From Blastocladiella emersonii ATCC 22665 (lineage: Eukaryota; Fungi; Blastocladiomycota): a DNA stretch of 64,000 bases. Positions 32,051 to 43,492 of the stretch are shown piece after piece. A program made the position numbers and the translations under genes. The notes under the pieces were generated by a model. The model saw only the letters and a list, made by a program, of their open reading frames with translations. It was not told the origin of the DNA and made no database searches. Positions within the stretch are counted from its first letter, which is position 1; the number at the start of each line of letters is the position of its first letter. The stretch covers positions 930,001 to 994,000 of the forward strand of contig JANHCV010000014.1 in the NCBI GenBank assembly GCA_025594325.1, in the 5' to 3' direction.

Positions 32051-32628
32051 TTGACGTCAGAAAACTCGGTTTGAATTTATGAACAGTTTTTGAAGGCTGG
32101 ATTACATTTGGACGCACCGGAACTCGCTGTCAATTGCCAGAGGTACTATAGTACCTCTGCAATTGCGCTGCGGGACGCGCTGCGCCACACATCGCTGTCT
32201 CCCAATCATCACATGATGTGGGTTCAGCGACACCGCTGCTGACGAATGCCATCAATCGCGCGAGTCGCGCGCTCCAAGCACCGCTTGCGCTACCGTCCCC
32301 GCTGAAGACCCGTGTCATTTGCGAAATGTGGGTGCATGCTCAGAATGCTCGGCCCGAGTCGAGGGTCAATGCTTGAATATCGAGTTAAATAGGTTTTACC
32401 CTAGCTTCTGCGTCACGATTGTTCTACTCGGTTCGACAGCAGCCTCTGCGACGTTCCTCTCAGTCTCATTCGCGTGGGGCAGTACGGCTGACAGGTCGCC
32501 GGTCAGCACGGCCTGAATCGCTGCCCTCCATTGCTTCAATCGCTGCACTTGAAACTCAACAACTCTATCAGTCAACTAAGAATCACAAAATCCAGAAGAA
32601 ATGTAGCTCACCGTTGAAACCAACACGT

Positions 32629-35600
32629 TCAAAAAAACGTAGCGTGCCGCACAGCGTCTGCACCACTGTCGTCGCCACGGCTCGTGCGTTTGTGCAGGGC
32701 CCTCTCGCGAACACCGGGAGGAAGGATGCGAGTGAGAACTGCCGATCCGCGCGGCGTCGATCCGAACGTGCGCCAGACCCAATTGGGCGTGTGTTGAGTC
32801 CAGGTCACCAAGTAGGCCATGAACACGACATTGTAGCGCGCGAGGCAGGCGAACGTCTGCTGGATATTTTGAAAGCCCGGATTGTCCCTGTTGGACGCAC
32901 CGCCGATCACATCATTGGTGAAGGTTTGTTTGAGAAACACGGCAAACGCCTGTGAAGTTGAAGCCGTCACAGCACCGTTTTGGCCGCCAAGAATTCCAGG
33001 GAACAGCTTGAGAAAGCGCTCGAGAGTATCCACGGCGTCAATGGGGCGCGAATTAAAAGCACCCCAGAGACTGATAGCCTGACGACTCGTTGCTTGGCTG
33101 TGCAAATCGAGGCTAAGCTTTGAGGGACTTGATGGATCCATGGCCGCAAGTACCAAGGCCGAAGAGAGTAGGCCGATGCGTTTGCGACCATTTCGCCGGC
33201 AACATCACCCAAAATGGACGTGACGAAATGCGAGGCCGCACAGACAGGGCGTGGGCCGTCAAGCGAATCGACCATGGCCGCAGCGAGCTGGGCAGCTCGG
33301 GGTGATACATGGACGCGGCGGTCCACATGGCTGACCCATGCCGCAACAAGATCAAAAGGAGGGCTAGTGGACGCCGCGGCATTGACGAGGTTCACAATCG
33401 ACGGATCAGAATCCATCAGCACTGGCAATCCGTCAACCATGGCCTGCTGAACAGAACGACCAAGTTTGGAAATCAGAGCGTACATGTCGAGAACCTTGGT
33501 TGAAGAAACCTTGGCGGCCAACGTAATTCCTAGTGGACTGCAGGTGAGTGAATGTACGTTTTCTATAGGCCAGCGGGGGATGACGTACCAATGGAAAGCG
33601 CAGTCTGGATTTGACTGTCGCCAAGGACCTCGACTGCCTGGGCATGGATAAAGTCGGCAGCAGCAGCTGTACCCGATGCGGCCAGATACAGCTTGGCGAA
33701 ACCGTTCTTGTCCAGAAAACCGAGCTTCGCAAACTTGGAGACCTTGCTCAAGTCGCCCTTACGCGTCATATCCGCCAGGGCTGACGCAACAGCCGCACGT
33801 TCATGCGTGGACGAGGAGGATATGACCGCCAAATAGTATCGTTCGATCATGGCGATCTGGAACGACCCGCCCTACTCGATGCATGTGCACGAGTACCAGC
33901 GGTGCCCAGTGCCAAGCAGTGTCGAGTCCCAGCCGTTTTCAATGAGCCAGTCAAGCATGGGGAGAACTGACGCTGAAGCGTCATGTTGGCCAGCCATGGT
34001 GGATGTCATGATTTCAACTGTGTTCCGATGTGAAAGAAACTTGATTGCGATGGGCAACGTGATGTCGGGATCGTCATTGATCAAATGCTTGAGCACAGGC
34101 AGGTTCCAAGCGGCAGCCGCGGCGAGGATGAGGGCAAAAACCGGAGACGAGTAGCGCTCAGTCAACATAGGATCGACTCGCAAAGTGTCGAGCAAGTCCA
34201 ACGTCTTTCCGTGATCCATGATCCAAAGCGAAAGGAGGCGACGGCAATCTAAACCACGGTCCTCGAGTAAAGGAATCGCCGACTTGAGTTGAGCAAGCAA
34301 GTGACGAAGTGCGTCCACGTCGCGAGCTTGAATGAAAAAGTAAGCTAGCATGAAGCCCTCTGGGAAGGCGCGGACGCGGGACGGCTCAAGGTCCGAGCCA
34401 GGCTCAACTGCAACAAGCTTGCGAGTCGAGTAGAAAACCTTGTCAATGTTGTCGGACGTGAAGGGATGGGCAAGGACGTGGTAAGAAGCCAATTCAAAGC
34501 ACGCCGGGCAGCTCAGGTCCAAGCAACGCAACTTGCCCGGAAACAGCGCTTGGAGGAAGCGGGCGAGGCCATGGCCTCCTCGCGCGATTGAAGTTCCAGC
34601 GCATGATCCCAACCTTGGTCCAGGTCCTGATCCGAATCGGGAGGCTCAAACCACCCGGCAATCGAATCGCTCGCGATACGGAGTTGGTCGGGAGAAAGCG
34701 ATTCGAAAATTCGGTCTGCAAACTGAGGCACAAGGTCAGCGAGAGTCTTGGGGTCGACCACGGCAATGCTGCACACGACTTTGAGAACAAGCGCGCTGGA
34801 AACAGTGCAGCCACATGAGAAGATGGCGGCGAACACACCCAAAATTTCCTCATCCTCGATCACGTACCGGCTGAGAGCGTCGGACATGAGATCGCGCATC
34901 GGTTCGAGCGAAAGGGACTCGAGGACCTCGGCCGGCGTCGTGCCCAACCGCGGAGCAAGTAGGAGCTCGAGCGGACGGGATTTCCAGCATGTGATCGCGG
35001 CGAAAGCAAGAAATTCAGCCAGAGTGGGCTCGTACGATAATGCTATGTCTGTCCCAGGAAACATATGGTCGGTCGCTTTGCGAAAGGTGCGGAACAGAGT
35101 GAGTGCGTCCCACTTTTCTGTTGTAAACCGAGTGCGAGCGAGCAGTTGAGGCCAGCGCAGCTCAATCTTGTCAAGTGCGTGAGCGAGGAAAGACCAGTTA
35201 TTGAGCACCACCGCGGCCACGAGTGTTCGAAGGACTGTCACAACCGGACTTTGATATAGCAAAGCGCGTTGCCGGGATTTCGAAAATGGTTCAAGAATGT
35301 CATTCTGGCACGAGGCGGTTTGGTTGGCGGCCTGGTCAACAAGTTGGCCGTAAGCTCGGGGACTTGCGCACGCGCAAGAGAGGATGGCGCGAAAGAAGGC
35401 ATCGATTTGCTTGGCAAGTCTGTTGCGTGCAGCAGAATCGTCACAGGCGCGTTGCAGCTGTAGCTGAAGCTGAAGCACGGCGTCGACGATCATCAAGTTT
35501 GGCCGCATCGTCCAGTAGCCGGGGCGGTTCGTGTACGCCTCGCTCAGGCAGACAAGTTTCCGCGTCGTCCAAACCAGGAGCACCGGCCAGTCCCGACATA

Positions 35601-35748
35601 CAACCGCGAGCTCACGCGATGCCGCAGGGACGATGGTGCCGTTCTGCGCAAGCTGCACCACGGCGGCGGCCAATTCGGCCGGGAGATCGGCAAACGTCAG
35701 GCCGTGCGTTACAGGTGGTCCTTGATCCCGATGCATGGAGTGATTCAT
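32629..35748 (-). CDS. F-box-like helical-family paralog; multi-exon, possibly frameshifted
   Basis: LTFADLPAELAAAVVQLA and PAASRELAVVCRDWPVLLVW. Successive minus-strand ORFs 34513-35748, 33872-34612, 32967-33521 and 32629-33156. Confidence 0.6.
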
Positions 35749-35904
35749 GGTTGAGTGCTTTGTGGGGTGGTGATTTGAGGAGTGGGCGGGAGAGAGGCGA
35801 GTTGCGACGCGTCGCTCGGCCGTGGGAATCGCGTCGCGTCGCGTACTTGCCGCTCTGACGATGCGCAATAGGGTTCTTATAGGTCAAACAGTTGCGGAGT
35901 GTAT

Positions 35905-37438
35905 TTATCGTGACACGCCGTGCACCGCGTCTACCGCCTTGAGCGAGCCAGCTGAGCGAGCGAACTCGGCGCGTGCGCGCTCGCGAAGCTCTGCGTCCGT
36001 CAGGAGCCGGTACGCGACCATGACGAGGCACGCGATGCGGTCGAGCGTACGGTGGTGCGTTTCCTCGGTCTACACGACAGTGAGGAAGTGAGTGTCATCG
36101 CGGCACGACAGATCGACACGGGCGGACCTTGGCGTGAGCAAGAAACTCGTCCGTGTGGATCTCGGCCTCGCACCCGATATCAATCACCGAGTGGATCGTG
36201 GGCGCGACGAGGTAGCTCACGTTGCCGCAGTCGGTGCTGCCGCGCGACACGCTGCGCTGCACGTCGGGCGACGGGAGCTCGATCCCGAGCTGGGCGCGCA
36301 GCTCGGCCTCGTACACGCGCGCCATGGCGGCGTTCGTGTTCACGTCAAAGTACGGCAGCATCATGTCGACGCGGTACGTGCACCCGGCGCTGCGTGCGCC
36401 GGCCTCGACGCACGCGAGGACCTTGGGCAGGAGGAACGTGCGGAGGTGCGTGGTTGTGAGCGAGCGCGCCTTGATGGTCCCCGTCGTGAGCGCCGGGATG
36501 ATGTTGGGCGCGGCGCCGCCGTTGCGGATGATGCCGTGGATCCGGTCCGTCGGCGTGATCTGCTGCCGCAGGTGCGCGATCCCGTTGAGCGCGTTGATCA
36601 TGGCGTCGAGCGCGTTGATGCCCTCCCACGGCGCGCCCGACGCGTGCGCCTCGCGGCCGTAGTACTCGACGTCAAACGCCTGGTGTGCGAGGTACGTCGG
36701 GAACGCGAGGTCAATGTTGCCCGGGTGCAGCATCAGGTAGAAGTTGACCCCGGTCATGTCGCCCGCGTTGATCATGTGGATCTTCCCGCCGAGGCCCTCC
36801 TCGCCCGGCGTGCCAAAGAGCCGCAGACGAGCGGAGATGCCGAATTTGGTGATCAGGTGCGCTGCAGTCTAGAAAATGCTGCTGCTGTGAGTGCTGGGCG
36901 TTCTTTGATTGCGTCGTCCGCCAGCTATCACGCACCAAAAATGTCCCGACGCCCGAGATGCAGATCAAGTCTATAAATTCAGGTCGAGTGTGAGTTCGAA
37001 CCCAAATAGGGGTCAAAGATCGCGAGCCGTACTGTGCCCGCACGCATGGCCCATGGGCAGCGCGTCGTACTCGGAGCAGAATGCGATGGTGATCGGCTCC
37101 TTGCCTGCAACGAGGTTCTCGAACGTAGCGACAAAGGCCGTCGGAGACTCAATCGCCTTCGAGTCCTCGACGACGACGCCCGGTTTGGACGCGAGGTACT
37201 CGCGGATCGTCGCCGCCGCGTAGAACTCTTCCAGCGACTGTTCCGGATGGTTGTAGATCTACGCGAGCGGATTGCAACCGAGGCTCAGCTGTGGAGTTTA
37301 TATTCTCGACAGCATGGATCTCACCTTGAGTGAGAGCTCGCGGAGCTCGGCTGACAGCAGGGCAAGAAACTCGCGCGCAGAGACGCGGGCGTCCACAGCA
37401 CGGTCCAGCGTGGGTTCTAGAGTCTTCATCGGTTGCAT
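35905..37438 (-). CDS. PM20D2: Peptidase M20 domain-containing protein 2 (amidohydrolase), about 4 introns
   Basis: HPEQSLEEF, FCSEYDALPMGHACGHNLI, FGTPGEEG.GGKI, HASGAPWEGINALDA, NGGAAPNIIP, and GSTDCGNVSY. Confidence 0.88.
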
Positions 37439-37867
37439 TAAGTGGTTGTGGAATCCATGAGCTCAGGTGGCAGCTGCTGTAGGGCTAGAGGGGAGAAGGA
37501 GTGACTGGGGAGGGCCGAACGCCACACTTCTGACCTCACGCGACATGATCGACGCGGTGGACTCGCCGTGATCACGTCGCTCCTCCCGCCTCGACTCAAG
37601 CTCTCCCCTCACAGCATGCTCATGTAATCGGCCTCACGCCACTTTATGCAACGCACTCCTGAGGGCGAGAAATCTCGAATTTTGCTATTCCCACCGAACC
37701 TTTCGACTGAGTGAGCCGACTCGCTCACAGCCTTCCCGTGTCCAACGGACATCCGAACCACACAGCATCCGCCTCGAGCTGTAGCAGCTCTCTTTTTGCT
37801 CGCTCCACCCCGGTCGTACCGACACTCGAGTTTGACGGGAGCTTGCTGCTTGCTTGCCACTCCCAAA

Positions 37868-39132
37868 ATGCTCACAACGCGCCTTCGTGCCACAGCATCC
37901 AGCTGCGCCGCTCGATCTGGATATGCCTCGCGTGCTTTTTTCCACACCACCTCGATTCTTCAAGTGCAAAGAGTGTACTCACGCCGTTCTATTGCGCGCG
38001 GCGAGTTGTCGAGCTTTGCCGTGGCCCACCCTCCAAGTACAGGCACTCTCGCAACATCATTTTCGACGACCGCTTTCGCTCACGCGCCAGATCTTTCCGC
38101 TTCCTCCGATGGTGATGCCAATCAAATCAAGGCTGATCTCGGCCTGACGGCTAACATGAGCGAGCAAGTGCAACAGGTTGAGTTTACAAAAAAACAGTTG
38201 GCTGCCATCGAACGGATTCGCGCTGAACTGGAGCAAGCTCGTGGGTTGTTCGAGCCGAAAGGACTCAGGGATGGAGCGAGCTTAGTACGCGAGGTCCCGA
38301 AGTCCAAGGACGTCTCAAACCGGCTTGTGGTCAGGACTCGCAAACCTCGCAACGGTCAGGTACGACAAAAGAAGCCCACGTCCGTGAACCCGCTCAACTC
38401 TGGCTGACTTCATCTGACCTATAGGACGTGAATCCGGTTGACCCCGACCTGCGCGACGATCTTGACACGGACCATTCCGTGTTGCGCCTCGTGTCCCTCG
38501 ACATGGAGGCATTTGAGCGCAACAGTCGCATGCTCCTCGAGATTGGTTACACGATTGCCGACGTGCTTCCGTTCTCGCATGATCGCTTTGAACGAGAAGA
38601 CGACATCGTGTATCTCCCGCTCGAATTTCCTCGGTCTGCATCGCGTCGCCGCCCGCTGAACTGGACTCTGCGTCTGCGCGCCCGACATATCAAGATCGCC
38701 GAGTATCTCCATATCCGCAACCACGCAAGGGTGCCTGACGGCAAGGATTTGTTTTGCGGAACCTCGGCCGTGCTCCCACTCAAGCAAGCCCTAGCCCACA
38801 CGATTCGTGTCGTTGGCTCTTCGACTGCGGTCGTTGGCCACGCGCTCCCGTCCGATCTCTTCTACTTGCGCGTTTCTGGTGCAGAGGCCGCCGTAAACGA
38901 CTTCTTCCCGCCCCTTCAGTTCGACACACAGCGCATGATCAACGCGGTGAAAGGGCATGGGCCGAGGAAGCGGCTGTCTCATATTCTCAAACTCCTTGAC
39001 GTCAAGCATGACGAGGAGCAGCTCCACAACGCTGGCAACGACGCGTGGTTCACCATGGTCGCGTTCCTGCGCATGGCCGATGTCAAGGTCGATGTTCCCA
39101 ACATTTCGGCCATCGCGCGCTTCAAGAATTGA
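37868..39132 (+). CDS. DEDDh exonuclease-like protein of the Gfd2/YDR514C/QIP type with a predicted mitochondrial presequence; intron 38360-38424
   Basis: LVSLDMEAFER..LLEIG, VVGHALPSDL, FDTQ, and LHNAGNDAWFTM; Arg/Ser/Thr-rich, acid-free N-terminus. Confidence 0.75.
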
Positions 39133-39578
39133 TGCCTGAGGAACGATGCATGCGATGTGTCGACTCTCAGATACGCGTGCGGTGCCCAATTGCGCACCCG
39201 GGTCAATAAATATATTAACGCGATCATTTCTCCCAATCGATCGCTCCAAGCGTGGCCGTTCATGTGCAAGGACTCAAAACTGTGTTCTAGTTCCGCGCCG
39301 TCCGAGGTACAGGTCGCGCCCGGACCGGCGCAACGGCGCCCAGGGAAATTCGCGGTGGAAAAAAGCGTGAGACAAACACGTGACAGGGGTGCGAGACAAA
39401 CGTGATTTCACGACGCGTCTCCCGGCGTCTCCCAACGCCGTGGCCGCGACGATTCGCGCGCGCGACCTCCACAACACGGGAGGAAATGTCTGCGAAGATA
39501 GGCGAAAAATGTCGTGCCAATGAAGGAAAAGGTGAAAGATCCTCGCTCCACGGTCAAGCGTCTTTCGTTCGACCGATG

Positions 39579-39924
39579 CATCACAAAACCCGGAACGGTA
39601 AACTGGGACCATATGAGCTGAAATGGGTGTTGGCCAGCACAATTGACTTCATATGAACTGCCCTGATGAATTGGGCCTCATACAGAGCGAATTGAGGGTC
39701 AGAGACTTGGGCCGAGCTGGACCCAATTCGGGGCCAACGGAGCGACAGGTTCGGCGGCGGGAAGTACTCGATATATGAGCGGCGCGAAATGTGGGATAGC
39801 AGTTGAGGGGGCAGATGTGCGCGCGTAGCGCGCTGCGGCGTGTGAAGCGGCCGCCGCGCGCTAGTGGATTGAGTCCAGGAAGCCTGGAAGCTCGCCGATG
39901 TGGTACTGGTCGCGGCTCACGCAC
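39579..39924 (+). repeat. Orphan inverted copy (346 bp, about 94% identical) of the element right end at 43429-43774
   Basis: Reverse-complement alignment by eye shows about 21 substitutions, mostly transitions. It includes the TIR and the last codons of the transposase-like ORF. Confidence 0.92.
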
Positions 39925-40401
39925 TCATCACAAAACCCGGAGCACCCAAATTGGCGCGAATTGGGCCTCAATTGCGTTCATACGAACGGCGGCCGAATTG
40001 GGGTTTTCATAGCGGTCGAACTCGGCCTCAATTGGGCTGATATTGCCTCAGTTGGGCGAAACGGCTCAATTGATTGCAATCGGCCCCGATTGATCCCGTT
40101 TGGGCCCGTATGACTTGTTTTGGTGCCGACTGGGATCAAGTGATGGCCGGGCGCGTATCACGCGCGAATAGGGCTATGGTGTGCATCCTGATGCCCATTC
40201 TGATGGTTTGATGGCCTGGGTCACGTGCGGCCGGCGTGACCGCGTATGTTCATATCGCAATAGATCAATTGCTTTCACCGTCATGAAGTCACGAGAGTCA
40301 CGAGATGCTGAATAATAATATATCGCGTCATAATCCGACCGCTCGCCCCGCGCCCCACGCCCCGCCCGCTCACCCGACGCCAGGAGCCACACGCGCCGCT
40401 G

Positions 40402-41725
40402 CTACTTCTTCTCGGGGCCGATGGTCACGCCGAGCAGCTCCTCGGCCGCTTCCCGCGCGTCGAAGGCATCCTGGGCGTAGAGCGCGTCGACCACGGCCTT
40501 GTGGGCCGCCGTCGCCTTGTCCTTGTCCATGGACTCGTAGATACCCTCGTGCGCATGCGCCATGACGAACTTGCACGCCTAGCGGTACGAGCGCCGCTGG
40601 TCAGCGGGGGTGGCATCGCCTAGACAGTGAGCGCGTATCAAGACCGCGATGGCCGCAATGATCTCGACCGCGTACTGCTTGATGGTGCCAGCGTCGTCGG
40701 CCGCGACCGTGGGCGCGTGGTCGGGCCGCATCCACGGCTTCATGTCGCGCTCCTTGTTGCGGCTCGGGCAGTGCAGGAGCTGGATCATGGGCGCGAGGTC
40801 CTCGATGAGCTCGTCTGTTTAGAGCGTGCGCACGAAGTGGGGTAGGGTCAGAATCGAGCACATCGCGTACGGGGTCATAGCACGTACCACCCTTGTGCGG
40901 GTTGAGGACGCGGGACCAGCACGTAAGAGATGATCACGGGCGCCTGGGTCGCGCTGCGATCCGACGGCGGCGCGATCGTCATGTTCTGGAGCTGGAGCAC
41001 GTAGTTGCTGGCGGCACTCTTGGCCGAGGTGACCAGCAGGCCGCGCGCGTCGGCAATGGTCATCGAGTCCTACACGGCCGTGCCGTGGTAAGCAAAGGTC
41101 ACTGAGGGCGACCCACGCGCAACGTACCGACTCGTCGCCGCGTTTCCCGCGCTTGGTCTTGTGCGAAAACTTGCAGCGGCGCTTGTGGAACAGCTCGACA
41201 AACGCCTCGTCGCCCGACGGCGTGTAGGGGCCGCGGATGAGGACGAGCGTCTTGCGCGCCAGCGTGAAGGCCTTTCCGGGCGACTTGACCACGCGGGTGG
41301 CGAGCTGGACGCGCGATGGCGTCGGTGGCGATGAGGGCGAGTTCACGCGCGGCGCTTGCGGCGGACGGGGCGGAACACGGCGACCGTCGGCGCCGACGTG
41401 GTCCTGGAGCGAGAAAGGCGGGCAGGTGTGAGTGGACAAGCGTCTTGAGCGCGAAGCTTCGGGTGTAAGGATGCAGGGAGGGGAAGATTACGACGTGGAC
41501 GCCGCACAATCGCGCCGCACCGCGCCGTTCAAGGCAGGCTCGCGGCGACAGCAGCGCGGTAGGCAGCGAGACCAAGTCGAGCGGGAGATGAGATGGGCGG
41601 CGGGCGTGGGAGCAGGGAGCAAAGTGGCGGGCGGGAGCAGGGAGCAGGACGGCGTACCTCGACCTGGCCTTGACCTGAGCCACGGCCACGAGCCGGGTCA
41701 CGGTCGCCTCGAGGGTCGACGGCAT
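40402..41725 (-). CDS. Orphan multi-exon gene inside the TIR element
   Basis: Several GT-AG introns and high-GC3 exons (RVVKSPGKAFTLARKTLVLIRGPY; LIEDLAPMIQLLHCPSR; ACKFVMAHAHEGIYE...VTIGPEKK*). Start position uncertain. Confidence 0.6.
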
Positions 41726-42106
41726 CAGTACCGCAGCCTGTGCCGAAGTTAGTTCCACGGCCGCGACCGCTGCTGCTGCCGCTACGCGACTCGCAGGGCC
41801 AGTCGGGGACCGGCCGCGGTCGTGTCTCGAGCAGCGACACGGTGGCGAGCGAGCGAGCGCTTGAGCCACTGCGACCGCGAGCGTTGCCGTCCGGGGTGCC
41901 ACTACAGCTGCCAGCGCGAGACGCGGAGGGTGAGACCGAGCGGATAGCGTCGCGGCGTCGTGGGCCGCACCTCAGCTACGGCGGCGACGTGCGTCCGTGC
42001 GCGTCACAGATGGAGGAGCGAGGGCGATGCATGGCGCTACATGGAGCCAATGGTCGGCGGCGGAGCGGGAGCGGAAGCGTGGGCGACGCAGCGACTTTGA
42101 GCCGGA

Positions 42107-43492
42107 ATGGATCCAAGACACCGACCACCGGCGCGCGCGCGGCCAAGTCGCTTCGTTCTCAGCGATCAGCTGACCGCCCGATCGCGCCTCGTTCAGGGAG
42201 GACGCGACGTGCCACGGGCGCCACGAGTGCCGCCACCGCCCGCCGACCCCGCCGACCCCATCTTCGCTGCCACAACACTCTGCAACGTCTTTAACTTGAT
42301 GCAAACTCATGAAACTAGCCGGATGCATACGGCTCTGCGTGCAGCTGCGCTCCGCCGCTACTTCACCAAGTCGGCCTTGGACAACGGCGACGTTTGCGCT
42401 TCCTCCTCCCACCGCAGCCTCTTCACCCAATCTGAGACCTGCTCGTCGTCGACCTGCACAATTGGGCGACCAATCTTAGAGTATTCTGCACGGGCGGGTG
42501 CTGACGCGAGCTGTGTGTGAGAAAGTGCGCCTTGCACATCGAATGCCGCCTTCTGCTGCCCACCATCGAGTCAGTTCACATGTGCAACAGGGCCCTGGAC
42601 TGAGAGTAGTTGCTCTGCGCGGCTGAGAGATACGCTCTCGCTTCTGCTGCTTTCAGTTTGTTTGGAGCCACCTTGATCCGCTCGCGCGTCCGTGTTGGGG
42701 CACCCGCGCACCCCCTCGCCCAGCAGCTCAACACGCTCAACAACTTCGAGCAGGTCGCCACGGTGGGCGTCATGAACGTCATCGACGAGGCCGGCGGGAA
42801 CAGCGGCGCACGATGGCGCTACAATCATCGATGCCCGTTGTCGCGTAGCTCATGCCTTACCAGACGCTGATCCTCGCGCGGCACAGCGAGTTCCTCGACG
42901 AAACGGTCCAGGAGTCCATACACGCGCGCGTCGTTACGCTGTACGGCTCGCTTAGCTGGGTTACCATGATCGTACGTTTTCGCGTATGTGACGCGCGCCC
43001 ATCGCTGCGTCGATTCACGCGCGCAGTCGCTGACGGGTGCTCGCATGCTTGTAAGTCCGCCTTGACGATGGCCAGCGGCGCTTTGTCGAGCCGCGCATCT
43101 TCCTCGAGTTTGACTACGAGGATGGAAAGGGCACCATGTACGCCTTCAACGTCGTGTTCGGCTACCACTTTCAGCGGCAACTCAACGGGCCGCACGACGA
43201 CCTGGGCTACCTCAAGCTCACGCGAAGCGCCGCGCCCTTTGCCGTGTCGGCCGCGGCCGTCGCGGTCGCTGCTCATGTCGTGCCCGCGTCCTCGGCGACG
43301 ACGAGCGCGCAAAAGGTGCTCAAGGAGCTCAAGATGCCGTTCGTGCGTCCCGAGAAAGGCGCCCGCTTCAGTGGGTCGCGGGCCACGGCCGCGCGCCAGA
43401 GCCACTTCACGCGCTTCTGGCTCAACCCGTGCGTGAGCCGCGACCAGTACCACATCAGCGAGCTTCCAGGCTTCCTGAACTCGATCCGCTAG
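42107..43492 (+). pseudogene. C-terminal remnant of a Plavaka/EnSpm-like transposase
   Basis: PYQTLILARHSEF...RRFVEPRIFLEF...AVAAHVVP...HFTRFWLNPCVSRDQY matches from memory the fungal Plavaka C-terminal pattern (RAAHLIP...F..YYVN). No catalytic core is visible and the 5' boundary is uncertain. Confidence 0.5.
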
